64,000 bases of DNA from Callorhinchus milii. Lineage: Eukaryota. The stretch covers positions 24,430,001 to 24,494,000 of the forward strand of contig NW_024704742.1 in the NCBI RefSeq assembly GCF_018977255.1. The letters are read 5' to 3'. The notes below the pieces were generated by a model. It was not told where the DNA came from and searched no databases. It saw only the letters and a program-made list of their open reading frames with translations. How positions within the stretch are numbered: the first letter of the stretch is position 1; every line of letters starts with the position of its first letter. Both the position numbers and the translations under genes were made by a program. Shown here one piece after another: positions 52,226-63,610 of this stretch.

Positions 52226-54400
52226 TTCTTGTTGGAGCAATTCTTGTTGGGTGAACTGGATGAGTTCCTGCTTTAATTAACTGGTTCAGTTTCCATTTCA
52301 GGACAGAGTCACCTGCTTTTGTGACCCTTTCCTGACTTGGTTTTATTTAAGTGAACCGTGTACTGTATATGTATGAACAAATGCAGATTTGTACCTAAGG
52401 ATTTCCTCTGTCCTTCACAATACTGTATGTTCCAGCTTCATGAGACTCTTTCAAGTGTTTTCATAAAATGACTAAATAAACTATTGTATCTGAACATGCA
52501 GATGTGGAGGATATAGTTAGCTGCTCATTCTTTAGAAGTAAAATATTCCAGCATATTAAATAGAATCTGCATCCCTCAGTGCCAAGAGCTCCATCTCATC
52601 AAACATCCTGATTATATATAGAATGTGTAAGTGAGTAAATGACATTAATTCAATTGAGTCCATGTTCAAAAGCAAATGGAGGTGCAGTTTTATTCGATGT
52701 AGATGTACTGATCACCTGAATAAATGACTGCAGTTACTCACTTACAACTGCTTTCACTCACTTACAATTATGTTTTATTTTTCACATTGTATAATCTCAA
52801 GATGGCTCTAACTATTAATTCCTAGTATTAGTACAGAAGATAAATGGGAAAGTCTGCAGTGATTGCGCTGTCAAACTAATTTTTTTACACTGGCAGTTGC
52901 CTCACAGTGGTGCTGACTATCCATTTTAACGATTTTGGCCAGTTGTGATGTACTAACTGCAAGTATAATATTGTTACTTGTTTCACATGAGGGTAAAATG
53001 GAAATATTTTGCAATTCTAAAGCAACATAAGAATTAGGAGCCTAGTATATTTGATGCTTCATGTATGTTTTTAGTTGCTTGATGTAATACAGTAGTGGCA
53101 TTAAATATAGGTAATTGGTTGTTTTTTCTTAGGACACATTTTTAACCAAAGTCTATAATGCATGCCTTGTGCCACGCTTGTTAGCTGTGCAATGTCATTT
53201 TTGATGCAAGAGAAAAAAAAGTTGAAGGAAACTGATGAATCCTTGAAGGAAACTGAAGGTCCTCAAAACTATTTAATGTCCTAAACTAATTCAGGCAGGA
53301 GCATAATCTTGTTTTACAGAAGGATGCAAAATTAAGGGACACAAACCGCATCTTTACCACTAAACTGGATCCTGCCGGTATTTAAAATGCATTAACTTGA
53401 TTACTTTGATTTGTTAGTTCTTCAGCAGTCTACTCAGGTACTTGGTTTGCATCTATTTATCAATTCCAATTTGTTCTAGGATTGCATAATTGGGAAATGT
53501 TCTCTAAATGTTGTGAAATGCACTATAAAAAGAACCAGAGCTAATTTACTTTTTAAAAATCTGTTTGACTGCTGTTTTAGAACTGTATTTAATTTGCTGC
53601 TGTGTGTAATTTTTTTCATTCTAGGGAGGGGTGGGGTAGGGGAGGGAGCAAGTAGGAGAAACTAGATTAAATATTCAAGTTTGTCAGTAAACAGTGTAGA
53701 TTAGGAGTTCTTTATTTGAATTCAGTAAATAACTGATCTTTCCTGGAAAGGGAGAGGAATGAAGTCCCCACACTGGGCTGTAAATTTGAACTTTGTTATT
53801 TTGTCTGTAAAGAATGCTCAAAAAAGCTTATTTATATTTTATCACTAATGTATTAACAAATGCATGTGTTGCCAAACTTTGATGGGGAATTAAGTGCCCA
53901 GAGAATTTTGTTTGGGAGGATATATTCGAAACACTAAAGGAAAAAAAACCATGTCAGTGGCATTTTGGAAAAACTGAAGCTTGAATGTGTAATGTATAGA
54001 TGTAACCCTTCTCTTGTTCCTTTTGTAACGCGTGAGTTGTGCTTGATGGTGAGGTTCAAACGATGAGAAAGTGATTATTTCCCAGTCTGGGTGGAGCTAG
54101 TGTTGTGTGCGACCAGCATGGCCTTAACATGTATACTCTTCTTCAATACTTCAGAAACTTAGTTTACCGCAAGAAGTTTGGGGAATCTGCATAGACTGTG
54201 CAACAAGACTGGAAGTCAGTTTATTAACTTCTCTTTTGAAAACGCCATGTTAACAAATGCTTATGCTAATGTTTAAGAGGGAAAGTTTATACATTATTTG
54301 AATGTTACAAACATTCCATCATTGTGATTTGTTTTGTGTACAGCACACGAGTAAATAAAATGTCATGCACTCCAAATAAAATTGTGTAGACTGGTTTTCT
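52226..54400 (+). other. TRIM2: TRIM2 3'UTR (approximate)
   Basis: AT-rich, no recognisable TE fragments, ending at two AATAAA signals. Confidence 0.7.
54354..54380 (+). terminator. Tandem polyadenylation signals of TRIM2
   Basis: AATAAA at 54354-54359 and 54375-54380, upstream TGTA motif, downstream GU/U-rich tgtgtagactggttttcttt. Confidence 0.65.
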
Positions 54401-55407
54401 TTTACATTAATGCTATTAATGGATATAAAGTTGATTGAGACGTACAGTTAAAAGTTAGATATTACATTAAGATAAATGGAGAAAAGGAAGAAAAATGAAA
54501 TTAAAGAGGCTCTGAAAACAAATTCTCCGTGGTGAAGAATGAACAGCAGCTTACTGTTCGACTCTCTCGAAATAAAGGCAAGAAACAGTGATTGACAGTT
54601 GCATTCAGGAAAATAGTCAGGAGTCATCAGGTCAAACGGATCTGTCAGCTTCCTAAGGGAAGCCCTCAGGACATTATTGCAGGCACACTATCTGTCATTC
54701 TTTAGACAAAAGAAAAACGGCAGAAACTGTCCATGCTGTGAGCTCCCGTCCACCAGCCGATACAAAGCTTTACTCACAACTGATAGAATTCACATTGTTT
54801 CAAATGAGAGAATGGTTCTTTAACAGGAGGATAAAGCTGAAATATTGTTCATTATACATAGGCCAAAGTTCAAAGAGTAATCTCAATGATTAGGGGCAAG
54901 GGAGCTGCAGGCAAACTCCATTAAAATTAACTTGTCACTTGGAACATTTTATTTTCCGTTATTGATCTGAACACAGGCAGGATTCCCCGAGCACAGTATG
55001 CTGAGTGCCTTTCATTGTTTGAAGATCGTCCTTCCTTTGTTTCAATTGGAAAATCTGCGTGGGTACAAAGTGGAGGATGGTTAGTTGTCTATCAAACTCC
55101 AAGTACTGCTATTTTGCCATTTTATGTGCAATTAGTGACACACAGAGTAGGGGGAAATCAAAGCAGCAATGTAGCCCAAACAGATGTTACGTCAAGCTTG
55201 GATGGTTGGTTGCTATTGTGTTTAATCGGGTGGAGGCAATGTTGGGATCTGAGTTGTGGAAGTCCAGTAGTTTTAAATTGAAGATTTATCCAACGTGTTT
55301 TGAAGCTTTCTCTTAGCTGAAAAGTCAGAGAAACAAACCAAGCATTCTGAAAGAAGACTAGACAATAAAATGTGATCCTGACTTTGTAAATTAGTTTGGA
55401 TGCAAGA

Positions 55408-55730
55408 TAATAATAATATAATAATCCTTGCATTTGATATAGCGCTTTTCACGTCGGGAGGACGTCCCAAAGCGCTTCACAGAACACACTAAAGTGAATT
55501 GACTGTATATTTGTGGGCGAACGCAGCAGCCAATTGCGCACAGCAATGTCCCACAAACAGTCTTGGATTGAAAATGATCAATTTATTATTGTTTTTGGTG
55601 TTTGGAGGGATTATTATTAGGCTCTGTGTGGAGTAAGGAAACTTGCCCAAGGTTTCGCCCTGTGCCTGGAATTGAACTCAGGTCTCTCACTTGCAAAGCG
55701 AGTGCTCTAACCACTGAGCTACAGGACTCC
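55408..55730 (-). mobile_element. Young tRNA(Ala)-like SINE, full length
   Basis: Near-identical to 24989-25310 and to the reverse complement of 63280-63610. Confidence 0.92.
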
Positions 55731-57466
55731 ACTGCCCTTAGGGGATGGGTATGATGCCCTTAGGGGTAAACAGTCTGCCATAACAGTTGATTCACTAGCA
55801 GCTAAACAGACATTTGGCTCTACATAACAATAGAATAAAGCAGTAAAACAGTCTATTTCCTTTTCCAGCATCAGAGGATGGTCTGTATAATTCCTCACAT
55901 GTGAGTTCTTAAGCTTGACTCCATTTTCAGGGGAAGATACCAATAGGTATCATTTTACCAGGTGAAAGCAATTTGTGCACAGCAATGCCCCACAAACAGC
56001 TATGAAGTGAATGACCAATTTTATTTGGTTTTTTTTTTTGGCAAGGACACTGGGGGAAACACCCCTTTTTGAATTGAGCCATGTGATCTTTAAGGTCCAC
56101 CTGAACAGTCAGGCGGGACCTCAGTTAACAATTCATCCAAAGGATGGCAACTCCCAACTATGCAACACGCCCCAGCACTACATTGATGTGTCTGTCAGCT
56201 TAGACGAGGTGAGTTCAAGTCCTGACATAGAGTTTGAACCCACAACCTTCTGACCCAGAAATGAGAGTGCTACCACTGAGCCAGGCTGACATCAGGGAAG
56301 CAGAGGAGAAAAGAAGAGAAGCTTTGCAATCTATGCAGACTGGCACTAGTTTGAAGTGACACATTTTTTAAAACGTAACCTATTTTGAAAATAAATGAAA
56401 CTCTTGATTTATTGCTAACAGCCCTGTCTACATCAAGCTTAGTGTGGTGCCTTCAAGTTCATTCAGACATGAATCCTAATGACTTCTGTTTTGTTTCTTT
56501 ATGCCCCAGTGACTTTGGAGCCATGAATTTTCAATTCACGTTAATAATTTAACATTGAAGCAGACTGTGCAAATTGAAAAACTGGTTTCAGCAGTATTGT
56601 TGCAGGCTCCTGGTCGAACCTGTCAAAACTCACTAATTCAAAGTAAATAAAACGTGACCCACATTTGATACATCTTTACTGTAAAAAAACCTCAAAGATA
56701 GAGGTGCCAGCTTTTTTTTCAGTGCCCAGAATTTTCTAAAATGTAAACTGCTCCCAAATGACTGCTGATGAATTGATAATACACTGGGGCATAAATGATA
56801 GGAACAGTTGGTGGGGGGGTGGTGGTGTGGAACCTTTTCCAAACAGCAGGTGGTTAAAAGATGGAATACAGTGCCAAAAATCTCTACTGACCAACAAAAA
56901 AATATATATTTTTAAATCCTTACAAAAGTGGAGATGTACTTGAGGTCGCATGCGGTAGACAATTTGCACACAATCATCCCACAAACCATCATGCAATGGA
57001 TCCGAGGATGGCACCTCCAACTAGGCAGCACTCCCCCAGCACCGCACTTGAGGTGGGTCTTTGTGAGCTCAGAAAACTGCCCGGCTTGATTCATAGGATG
57101 ACCCATACATCTCTAATTTCTGGGGACAGTCCCCAGATGAGGTATTGTGTTCCCGGGGCCAAATTTGCCCCGTCTTGAGGTCAGCAACAAACTGAGCAAG
57201 AACAATAACATTCTTAAACCATCGGAGAAATACAGCTATTAACCCAACAAGCTTTTACGTCACTGCCAGCATCAGGAATTTGAAGAGTTCAATTTTTTTA
57301 TATACAAAGTGTGCCCTGGATTTGGTTTACAAAATATATTCTGGGTATCAAGAGATATGGGGAAAAAGCAGGATATTGGAATTGGCAGGATTAGTTGAGG
57401 TACAGATCAGCCATAATCTAATTGAATGGTGGAACAGGCTCGAAGGGCTGAATGGAGATGGGGGTG

Positions 57467-58748
57467 TGCACACACCCCTCCCTACAACACACCCACATGC
57501 ACCCTTCCCCACATACACTCACACCCTTCCCCACACACACATAACTCCACACTCACACACGCACACTCATACCCCTCCCCACATACACTCACACACACCC
57601 CTTGTCACATCACTCAGACACAAACCCCTCCCCACACACACACACACTCACAAACACCCCTCCCCACACACACACACTCACAAACTCCCCTCCCACATAC
57701 ACACTCAAAGCCCTCCCCACACATACACACCCCTCCCCACACACTCGCAGACACCCCTCCCCACACACTCATTCCCCCTCCTCACACACCCCTTCCCACA
57801 CATTCACAAACGCCCCTCCCCACATACAACAAGATTATATTTGTATAGCGCCTTTCACGTCAGGAGGATGTCTCAAGGCGCTGGACAGTGCACAGCATCT
57901 CAGACCCGAGCTGGGGTCAGGGAGTGGGGGAGCGGAGGGGAAGGGGGGTGGCCGATGGCATGGTCGCAGAGGAGGATGTTGAGGTGGGACTTGAAGGAGG
58001 CTAAGGAGGGGGCGAGGCGGAGTTACTGGAGGATGGAAGTCCAGAGGTTGGGGGCAGATTGGCTGAAGGCTCTCCTGCTAATGGTGGGGCGGGTGGGTCA
58101 GGGGACATGGAGCAGCCGGAGCCGGCTGAGCGGAGGGAGCGGGTGGGCTGGTAGGGGGTTAGGAGGTCGCAGAGGTAGGATGGGGCGAGGCCATGGAGGG
58201 CTTTGTATGTGAGGACCAGAACCTTGTACTGGATCCTCTGAAGGATAGGGAGCCAATGGAGTCGGGCGAGTGGGGGAGATGGGGTCACGGAGTTGGGTGC
58301 GGGAGAGGACACGGGCTGCAGAGTTCTGGATTATCTGCAGCCTGTGGAGGGAGGAGGTGGGAAGGCCGACAAGCAGAGCATTTGCATAGTCGAGCCTGGA
58401 TGTGATGAAGGCGTGAACAAGAGTTTCATACACTCACAACCCCTCCCTACACACCCCCACCCACACACACCCCCACCCACAGTCCTCCCCACACACCCCC
58501 ACACACACCCCCACACCCCACACCCACATACACCCCCACACACACCCACACACACACTCCTCCCCACACCCACACACACCCACACACACACCCACACACA
58601 CACTCCTCCCCACACCCCCCCCCCACACACATACACCCCCCACACACACATACACCCCCACACACACCCCCACACACACCCCTCCCCACACACCCCCACA
58701 CACCCCTCCCCACACAGCCCTCCCCACGTACTCTTACACACACACATC
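57467..58748. repeat. CA/C-rich low-complexity tracts (57467-57825 and 58428-58748) either side of an L2 fragment
   Basis: Degenerate CACAC/CCCCAC/CCCTCCC repeats. Confidence 0.9.
57826..58427 (-). mobile_element. L2 3' fragment embedded in CA/C-rich simple sequence
   Basis: ORFs 58098..58433 (ETLVHAFITSRLDYANALL) and 58001..58312 (LHWLPILQRIQYK); L2 tail at ~57830-57890. Confidence 0.9.
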
Positions 58749-58749
58749 A

Positions 58750-58905
58750 TGTGTGGCCTCCTGCACACACGCCGCCGTCGCTAGGTAACCAGAGGCACAC
58801 TGCGCTGCGTCACCTCTTTCTTATCGGAGGACTCCTGCTCGCCTCGTTGGCGGATGCGCGAGGCATGCTGGGAGCGCGCCAAACTTCAATCTACAGTTCG
58901 TACAG
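58750..58905 (+). promoter_or_regulatory. CpG-rich promoter core, probably of MND1
   Basis: CpG-dense 150 bp containing RFX X-box GTCGCTAGGTAAC (58777-58789), ZNF143/Staf-like GCATGCTGGGA (58863-58873) and E2F GCGCGCCAAA (58874-58883). Confidence 0.65.
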
Positions 58906-59279
58906 AGGGCGAGAGACAGAGGAGAGGGGGACAGAGGGCAGAGGAGAGGGGGCAGGGGAGAGAGAGAGAGAGAGGGGGACAGAGGGCAGGGGAGAGGGGC
59001 AGGGGAGAGAGAGAGAGAGAGGGGGACAGAGGGCAGGGGAGAGGGGGCAGGGGAGAGAGAGAGAGAGAGGGGGACAGAGGGCAGGGGAGAGGGGGCAGGG
59101 GAGAGAGAGAGGGCAGGGGAGAGAGGGGCAGGGGAGAGGGGGCAGGGGAGAGAGAGGGGCAGGGGAGAGAGGGGGCAGGGGAGAGGGGGCAGGGAGAGAG
59201 AGAGAGGAGGGGCAGGGGAGAGAGAGAGGGCAGGGGAGAGAGGGCAGGGGAGAGGGGGCAGAGGAGAGAGAGAGAGGCC
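58903..59279. repeat. Polypurine repeat (AGGGGCAGGGGAGAG-type units with (GA)n)
   Basis: Almost purely G/A on the + strand with many G4-G5 runs. Confidence 0.95.
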
Positions 59280-59530
59280 AGGAGAGATAGAGTGAGATAA
59301 AGGACAGGAGAGATAGTGTGAGATAAAGGACAGGAGAGATAGAGTGAGATAAAGGACAGGAGAGATAGTGTGAGATAAAGGACAGGAGAGATAGTGTGAG
59401 ATAAAGGACAGGAGAGATAGAGTGAGATAAAGGACAGGAGAGATAGAGTGAGATAAAGGACAGGAGAGATAGTGTGAGATAAAGGACAGGAGAGATAGTG
59501 TGAGATAAAGGACAGGAGAGATAGAGTGAG
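59280..59530. repeat. 26-bp minisatellite, 9 copies plus a partial, followed by a G25 run (59553-59577)
   Basis: Unit AGGAGAGATAG(A/T)GTGAGATAAAGGAC at a 26-nt period from 59280 to 59514. Confidence 0.97.
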
Positions 59531-59699
59531 AGGGAAAAGGGGAGAAAGGGACGGGGGGGGGGGGGGGGGGGGGGGGGAGAGAGAGACCACAGTGTAGAGA
59601 GACAGGAGTGGAGGGCAGGGGGGTGGGGGTATAACAGTAACATTGAGAGGGACTGGGCTCTGGCTCAGTAACAGGAGCGGGTCCGGGAGAGGGATCACG

Positions 59700-59702
59700 A
59701 TG
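59700..59702 (+). CDS. MND1: MND1 exon 1 coding part (ATG only)
   Basis: cacgATG|GTGAGT: ATG in good context followed directly by a consensus donor; splices in phase 0 to the exon at 60965 giving MSKKKG. Human MND1 also ends exon 1 on the ATG (from memory). Confidence 0.75.
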
Positions 59703-60964
59703 GTGAGTGAATGAGTGAGGGCTGTCGATGTGGTTCTGTCGTGGGAGAAACCAGGCTTTGAAGCCGTGAACCAGCCCAAAGCATGAACTGTTTACCCAAT
59801 CCAGTCCGACTGTCACCGTCTTGATTGGAGAAATGCAGTATTTCCTCTGGTAACTCCTGTAAATCAGGTGTCAGCGTATCTCAGTTGGCAGCACTCTTAC
59901 CTCTGAGTCAGAAGGCTGCAGGTTCAAGCTACACGTCGGGACTTTTGGCTCACAGTCCAGGCTGATACTCCAATCCAGTGTTGCAAGTGTGCTGCATTTA
60001 GGGGCTGCGTGGGTAATGTTGCTCCCCAAATCCCAACCCCCTGCTACATTTGAAGACGTATTGTCCTTCAGATGAGATGTCTGCCTGTTCAGGTGGTTGT
60101 TATAAAATCACAAAAAGGTGATACTTAATGTGCATTCATCTTTAGTTCCACCACAGTTAAGAGTATTGTTTTCATTTTGATCACCCTATAGGCCATAGAG
60201 AAGGTCACTTCACCTATGAGAAGAGACTGAAGAAACTGGAGATTTGGGGGGATATAGTTGCAAGATTTTATAACCAATGCAACGTATTGCCTAGTTATGC
60301 ACAGAATATAATTTATCTTTTATTTGTTGTCAGACAGCTTACCTAATTCCGGAAAGTATTAGGCACAGGTTGGAAGAGACAAGGCTTGGGGACCCCAGAG
60401 TGTGCGTTGGGGTACTGCTGGTGTTTAACTACCTAAGACAGGATAGTTTGCCATTGAAACCGTGTCCAGCAAGCTTTCTCGCTGCTTGTCCAGCTAGGAC
60501 CACCCTACCCAGAAGGGCTTTGACTTGCAGCAATAGCAGGAGCTGAATGGGATGACTCCTTGCCCCCAGTCCTGCTCTGCCCTGCCAGGTACTGTTGATG
60601 AGCCAGGCTGGCTATGCTGTCATCAGCAGTGCTCTTGATGTGGTTCTGATGCCCGCCTGGCTCAGGAACTAGACTACTGAGACCGCCACAGAGGGCTGGC
60701 TCGATTACGACATTCCATTGCCATCCATGTCTCCTTGAAGCCAGATCAGCTCCAAGGAGACACCGCTTACCTCCTCCCAAAATTAATCATTCACTTCATG
60801 TGGGATATTGCTGTGCACAAGTTTACTGCTGTGTTTGCCTACAATGGATAATCACTATATTTGCTTTAAATTCTGTGAATTGGTTTAAGACATCCTCCCG
60901 ATATGAAAGGCGCTATGTTAAATGTGAGATTTATTATTTATGTTTGCTCTCAAATTCTTTCTAG

Positions 60965-61030
60965 TCTAAGAAGAAGGGACTGAGCTTTGAGGAGAAGCGA
61001 GCTCGTATGACAGAGATATTTTTTGAATCT
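60965..61030 (+). CDS. MND1: MND1 (meiotic nuclear divisions 1) exon 2; gene continues beyond the window
   Basis: ttctttctag|...|GTAAGT; SKKKGLSFEEKRARMTEIFFES versus human SKKKGLSAEEKRTRMMEIFSET; 66 nt; position downstream of TRIM2 fits known synteny. Confidence 0.93.
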
Positions 61031-61556
61031 GTAAGTAATAGGTTACCTGTTCATAAGCTTATGCTCTGACTATTGATATGTTACATTGCTGATATAGAAG
61101 TGTACTGTCAGTTGATATAATGACACACAGCTGCATGGATGGAGATTGGAATTCATTCATTTCTTAGAGTAGCTGCTAAGGAATGGAAGACCAGAACAGT
61201 TTAAATGATCAGAGCAGAGGTATTTGAGCACAGTAGATGTAGTGCTATCTGACTGAAAAGTGAGTTAAATGTAAAACCGATTATTTTAACTTTGGGATTT
61301 TTATTTCAGTTCCTGATGTAGATGAACTCAGCAACTAAATTTCCTCTACGTCGTTAATATACATTCCACTAGTTGAACACAAAATGATTGAGGAAAATTA
61401 GCTAAAAGGTTGTTAAGTTAATATATATTTTAAAAGACAGTAAAAGGTACTGATGGTAACACTCTTAACTTTTTGCCTCAGAATATTTGAAGTATTTCAA
61501 TTTAATGCGTCACCTCTGGAGACTCCTCTTGATAAGTAGACTGCATAAAATGCCAG

Positions 61557-62480
61557 CACTGTGTTGAGCCGGGCTGCGCTGTGTTGAGCCGGGCTGCGCT
61601 CTCTTGAGCCGGGCTGCGTTGGCCTGCGCTATGTTGGACTGCGCTATGTTGGACTGGGCTGCGTTGAGCTGGCCTGGGCTGCGTTGAGCTGGCCTGGGCT
61701 GCGTTGAGCTGGGCTGTGTTGAGCTGGGCTGGGTTTTGTTGGGCTGGGCTGGGCTGTGTTGGGCTGGGCTGTGTTGGGCTGGGCTGTGTTGGGCTGGGCT
61801 GTGTTGGGCTGGGCTGCGTTGGCTGGGCTGCGTTGGGCTGGGCTGTGTTGTGCTGGCCTGGGCTGTGTTGGCTGGGCTGGGGCTGCGTTGGGCTGGGCCG
61901 GGCTGCGTTGGGCTGGGCCGGGCTGCGTTGGGCTGGGCCGGGCTGCGTTGGGCTGGGCTGGGCTGCGTTGGGCTGGGCTGGGCTGCGTTGTGCTGGCCTG
62001 GGCTGCGTTGGGCTGGCCTGGGCTGCGTTGGGCTGGGCTGGGCTGCGTTGGGCTGGCCTGGGCTGCGTTGGGCTGGCCTGGGCTGCGTTGGGCTGGGCTG
62101 GGCTGCGTTGGCTGGGCTGCGTTGAGCGGGCCTGGGCTGCGTTGAGCGCCTGGGCTGCGTTGGGCTGGGCTGGGCTGCGTTGGCCTGGGCTGCGTTGGCC
62201 TGGGCTGCGTTGGCCTGGGCTGCGTTGGGCTGGGCTGCGTTGGGCTGGGCTGCGTTGGGCTGGGCTGGGCTGCGCTGGGCTGCGCTGGGCTGGGCTGCGT
62301 TGAGCTGGCCTGGGCTGCGTTGAGCTGGCCTGGGCTGTGTTGAGCTGGCCTGGGCTGTGTTGGGCTGGGCTGGGCTGTGTTGAGCTGGGCTGGGCTGCGT
62401 TGGGCTGGGCTGCGTTGGCCTGGGCTGTGCTGAGATGTATTGTGCTGAGATGTGCTGAGCTGGGCTATGCTGAGCTGTCC
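61557..62480. repeat. Pentamer-based G-rich satellite in MND1 intron 2
   Basis: Mosaic of GGGCT, GCGTT, GTGTT, GAGCT and GGCCT pentamers over ~920 bp. Confidence 0.97.
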
Positions 62481-63279
62481 TGAGCAGACTCACTTCTTGC
62501 TGGCCTTCATAGTGGCCGGGATATCGACTTTGATTGCTTATTTGCTATCTTCTCACGGGATTCATACCATTATAATGCCCACCCCCCCCCTCCCCCTCCC
62601 CCCACCCCGGATTAGTCCGGTTTGCCAGGTCCAAGTATATTGCTCTTTAGAAGCCCAGTGAGCTACGTGCAATATGTAGTTGCATTCCTGGAGCAGTGGA
62701 ACCTTTCATGTTTGACTGGTACTATGTAACACAACTGTTTGGAGCTGTTCTGGGCGATAATAATTTGGTCCTACTCCATTGCAATACAGTGCAACAGATT
62801 TATTATTCTGTTTCAGACTCAGGTTTATAGATTACAAGAATGGGACTCTGTTTCAAATTTACTGTGGTTTTGATGCAGTGCCAATACACGACACACGTAC
62901 AAAATTAGTCTTGAGACTGTCAGCTGACTTGTATGCTATTGAGTGGAACAGTCTTCAGTAATAATACCCTTTCAATAATAGTGATTATTTACAAATAACA
63001 GATGAGTGTGTTATGACACGAATCAAAGTTTCAGAGAGCCTGACACCAAATAACAGGTGTCAGCCTGGCTCACTTGGTGGCACTCTCACCTCTGAGTCAG
63101 AAGATTGTGAGTTCAAGCCCCACGTCAAGACTTTGAACTGTGATGCAGTGATGGGAGAGCACTGCAATATTGGAGGTACTGTCCTTCAGCTGAGATGTAA
63201 ATCTGCCTGTTCAGCTGGATGATAAATATCCCATAGCACTATTTGAAAACAGAAAGGAGCTTCTCCTGATATCCTGATT

Positions 63280-63610
63280 GGAGTCCTGTAGCTCAGTGGT
63301 TAGAGCACTCGCTTTGCAAGCAAGACACCTGGGTTCAATTCCAGGCAGAGGGCGAAACCTTGGGCAAGTTTCCTTACTCCACACAGAGCCTAATAATAAT
63401 CCCTCCAAAAACCCAAAACAATAATAAATTGGTCATTTTCAATCTACGACTGTTTGTGGGACATTGCTGTGCGCAATTGGCTGCCGCGTTCGCCCACAAA
63501 TATACAGTCAATTCTCTTTACAGTATATTCTGTGAAGCGCTTTGGGACGTCCTCCCGAACTGAAAAGCGCTATATCAAATGCAAGGATTATTATTATTAT
63601 TATTATTATT
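63280..63610 (+). mobile_element. Young tRNA(Ala)-like SINE, full length, nested in an older Deu-SINE
   Basis: GGAGTCCTGTAGCTCAGTGGTTAGAGC...TTTGCAA...GGGTTCAATTCC head; flanked by TATCCTG at 63270-63276 and 63610-63616 (putative target-site duplication). Confidence 0.93.

Noticed and set aside
52224..53263. Short tandem duplications in the 3'UTR (AATTCTTGTTGG x2 at 52224-52250; TGAAGGAAACTGA x2 at 53223-53256)
   Set aside because: Ordinary slippage duplications with no evident function.
57280..59816. Long His/Thr/Pro-, Gly/Val/Cys-, Arg/Glu/Gly- and Leu/Ser/Pro-rich ORFs
   Set aside because: Translations of CA-rich, GA-rich and 26-bp repeats plus an antisense L2 fragment.
61510..62493. 327-aa minus-strand ORF (AQP repeats) and overlapping plus-strand W/G/C-rich ORFs
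   Set aside because: By-products of the pentamer satellite, which lacks stops in several frames; no splice or domain evidence.
62800..62961. Acceptor-like ttctgtttcag at 62816 as MND1 exon 3
   Set aside because: No reading frame gives a convincing match to KDVFQLKDLEKIAPKEKGI.
63280..63350. Possible tRNA-Ala(TGC) gene (also at 25310, 40052, 55730, 11714)
   Set aside because: The head runs straight into a SINE body and tail and has no intact acceptor stem; these are SINE heads, not tRNA genes.
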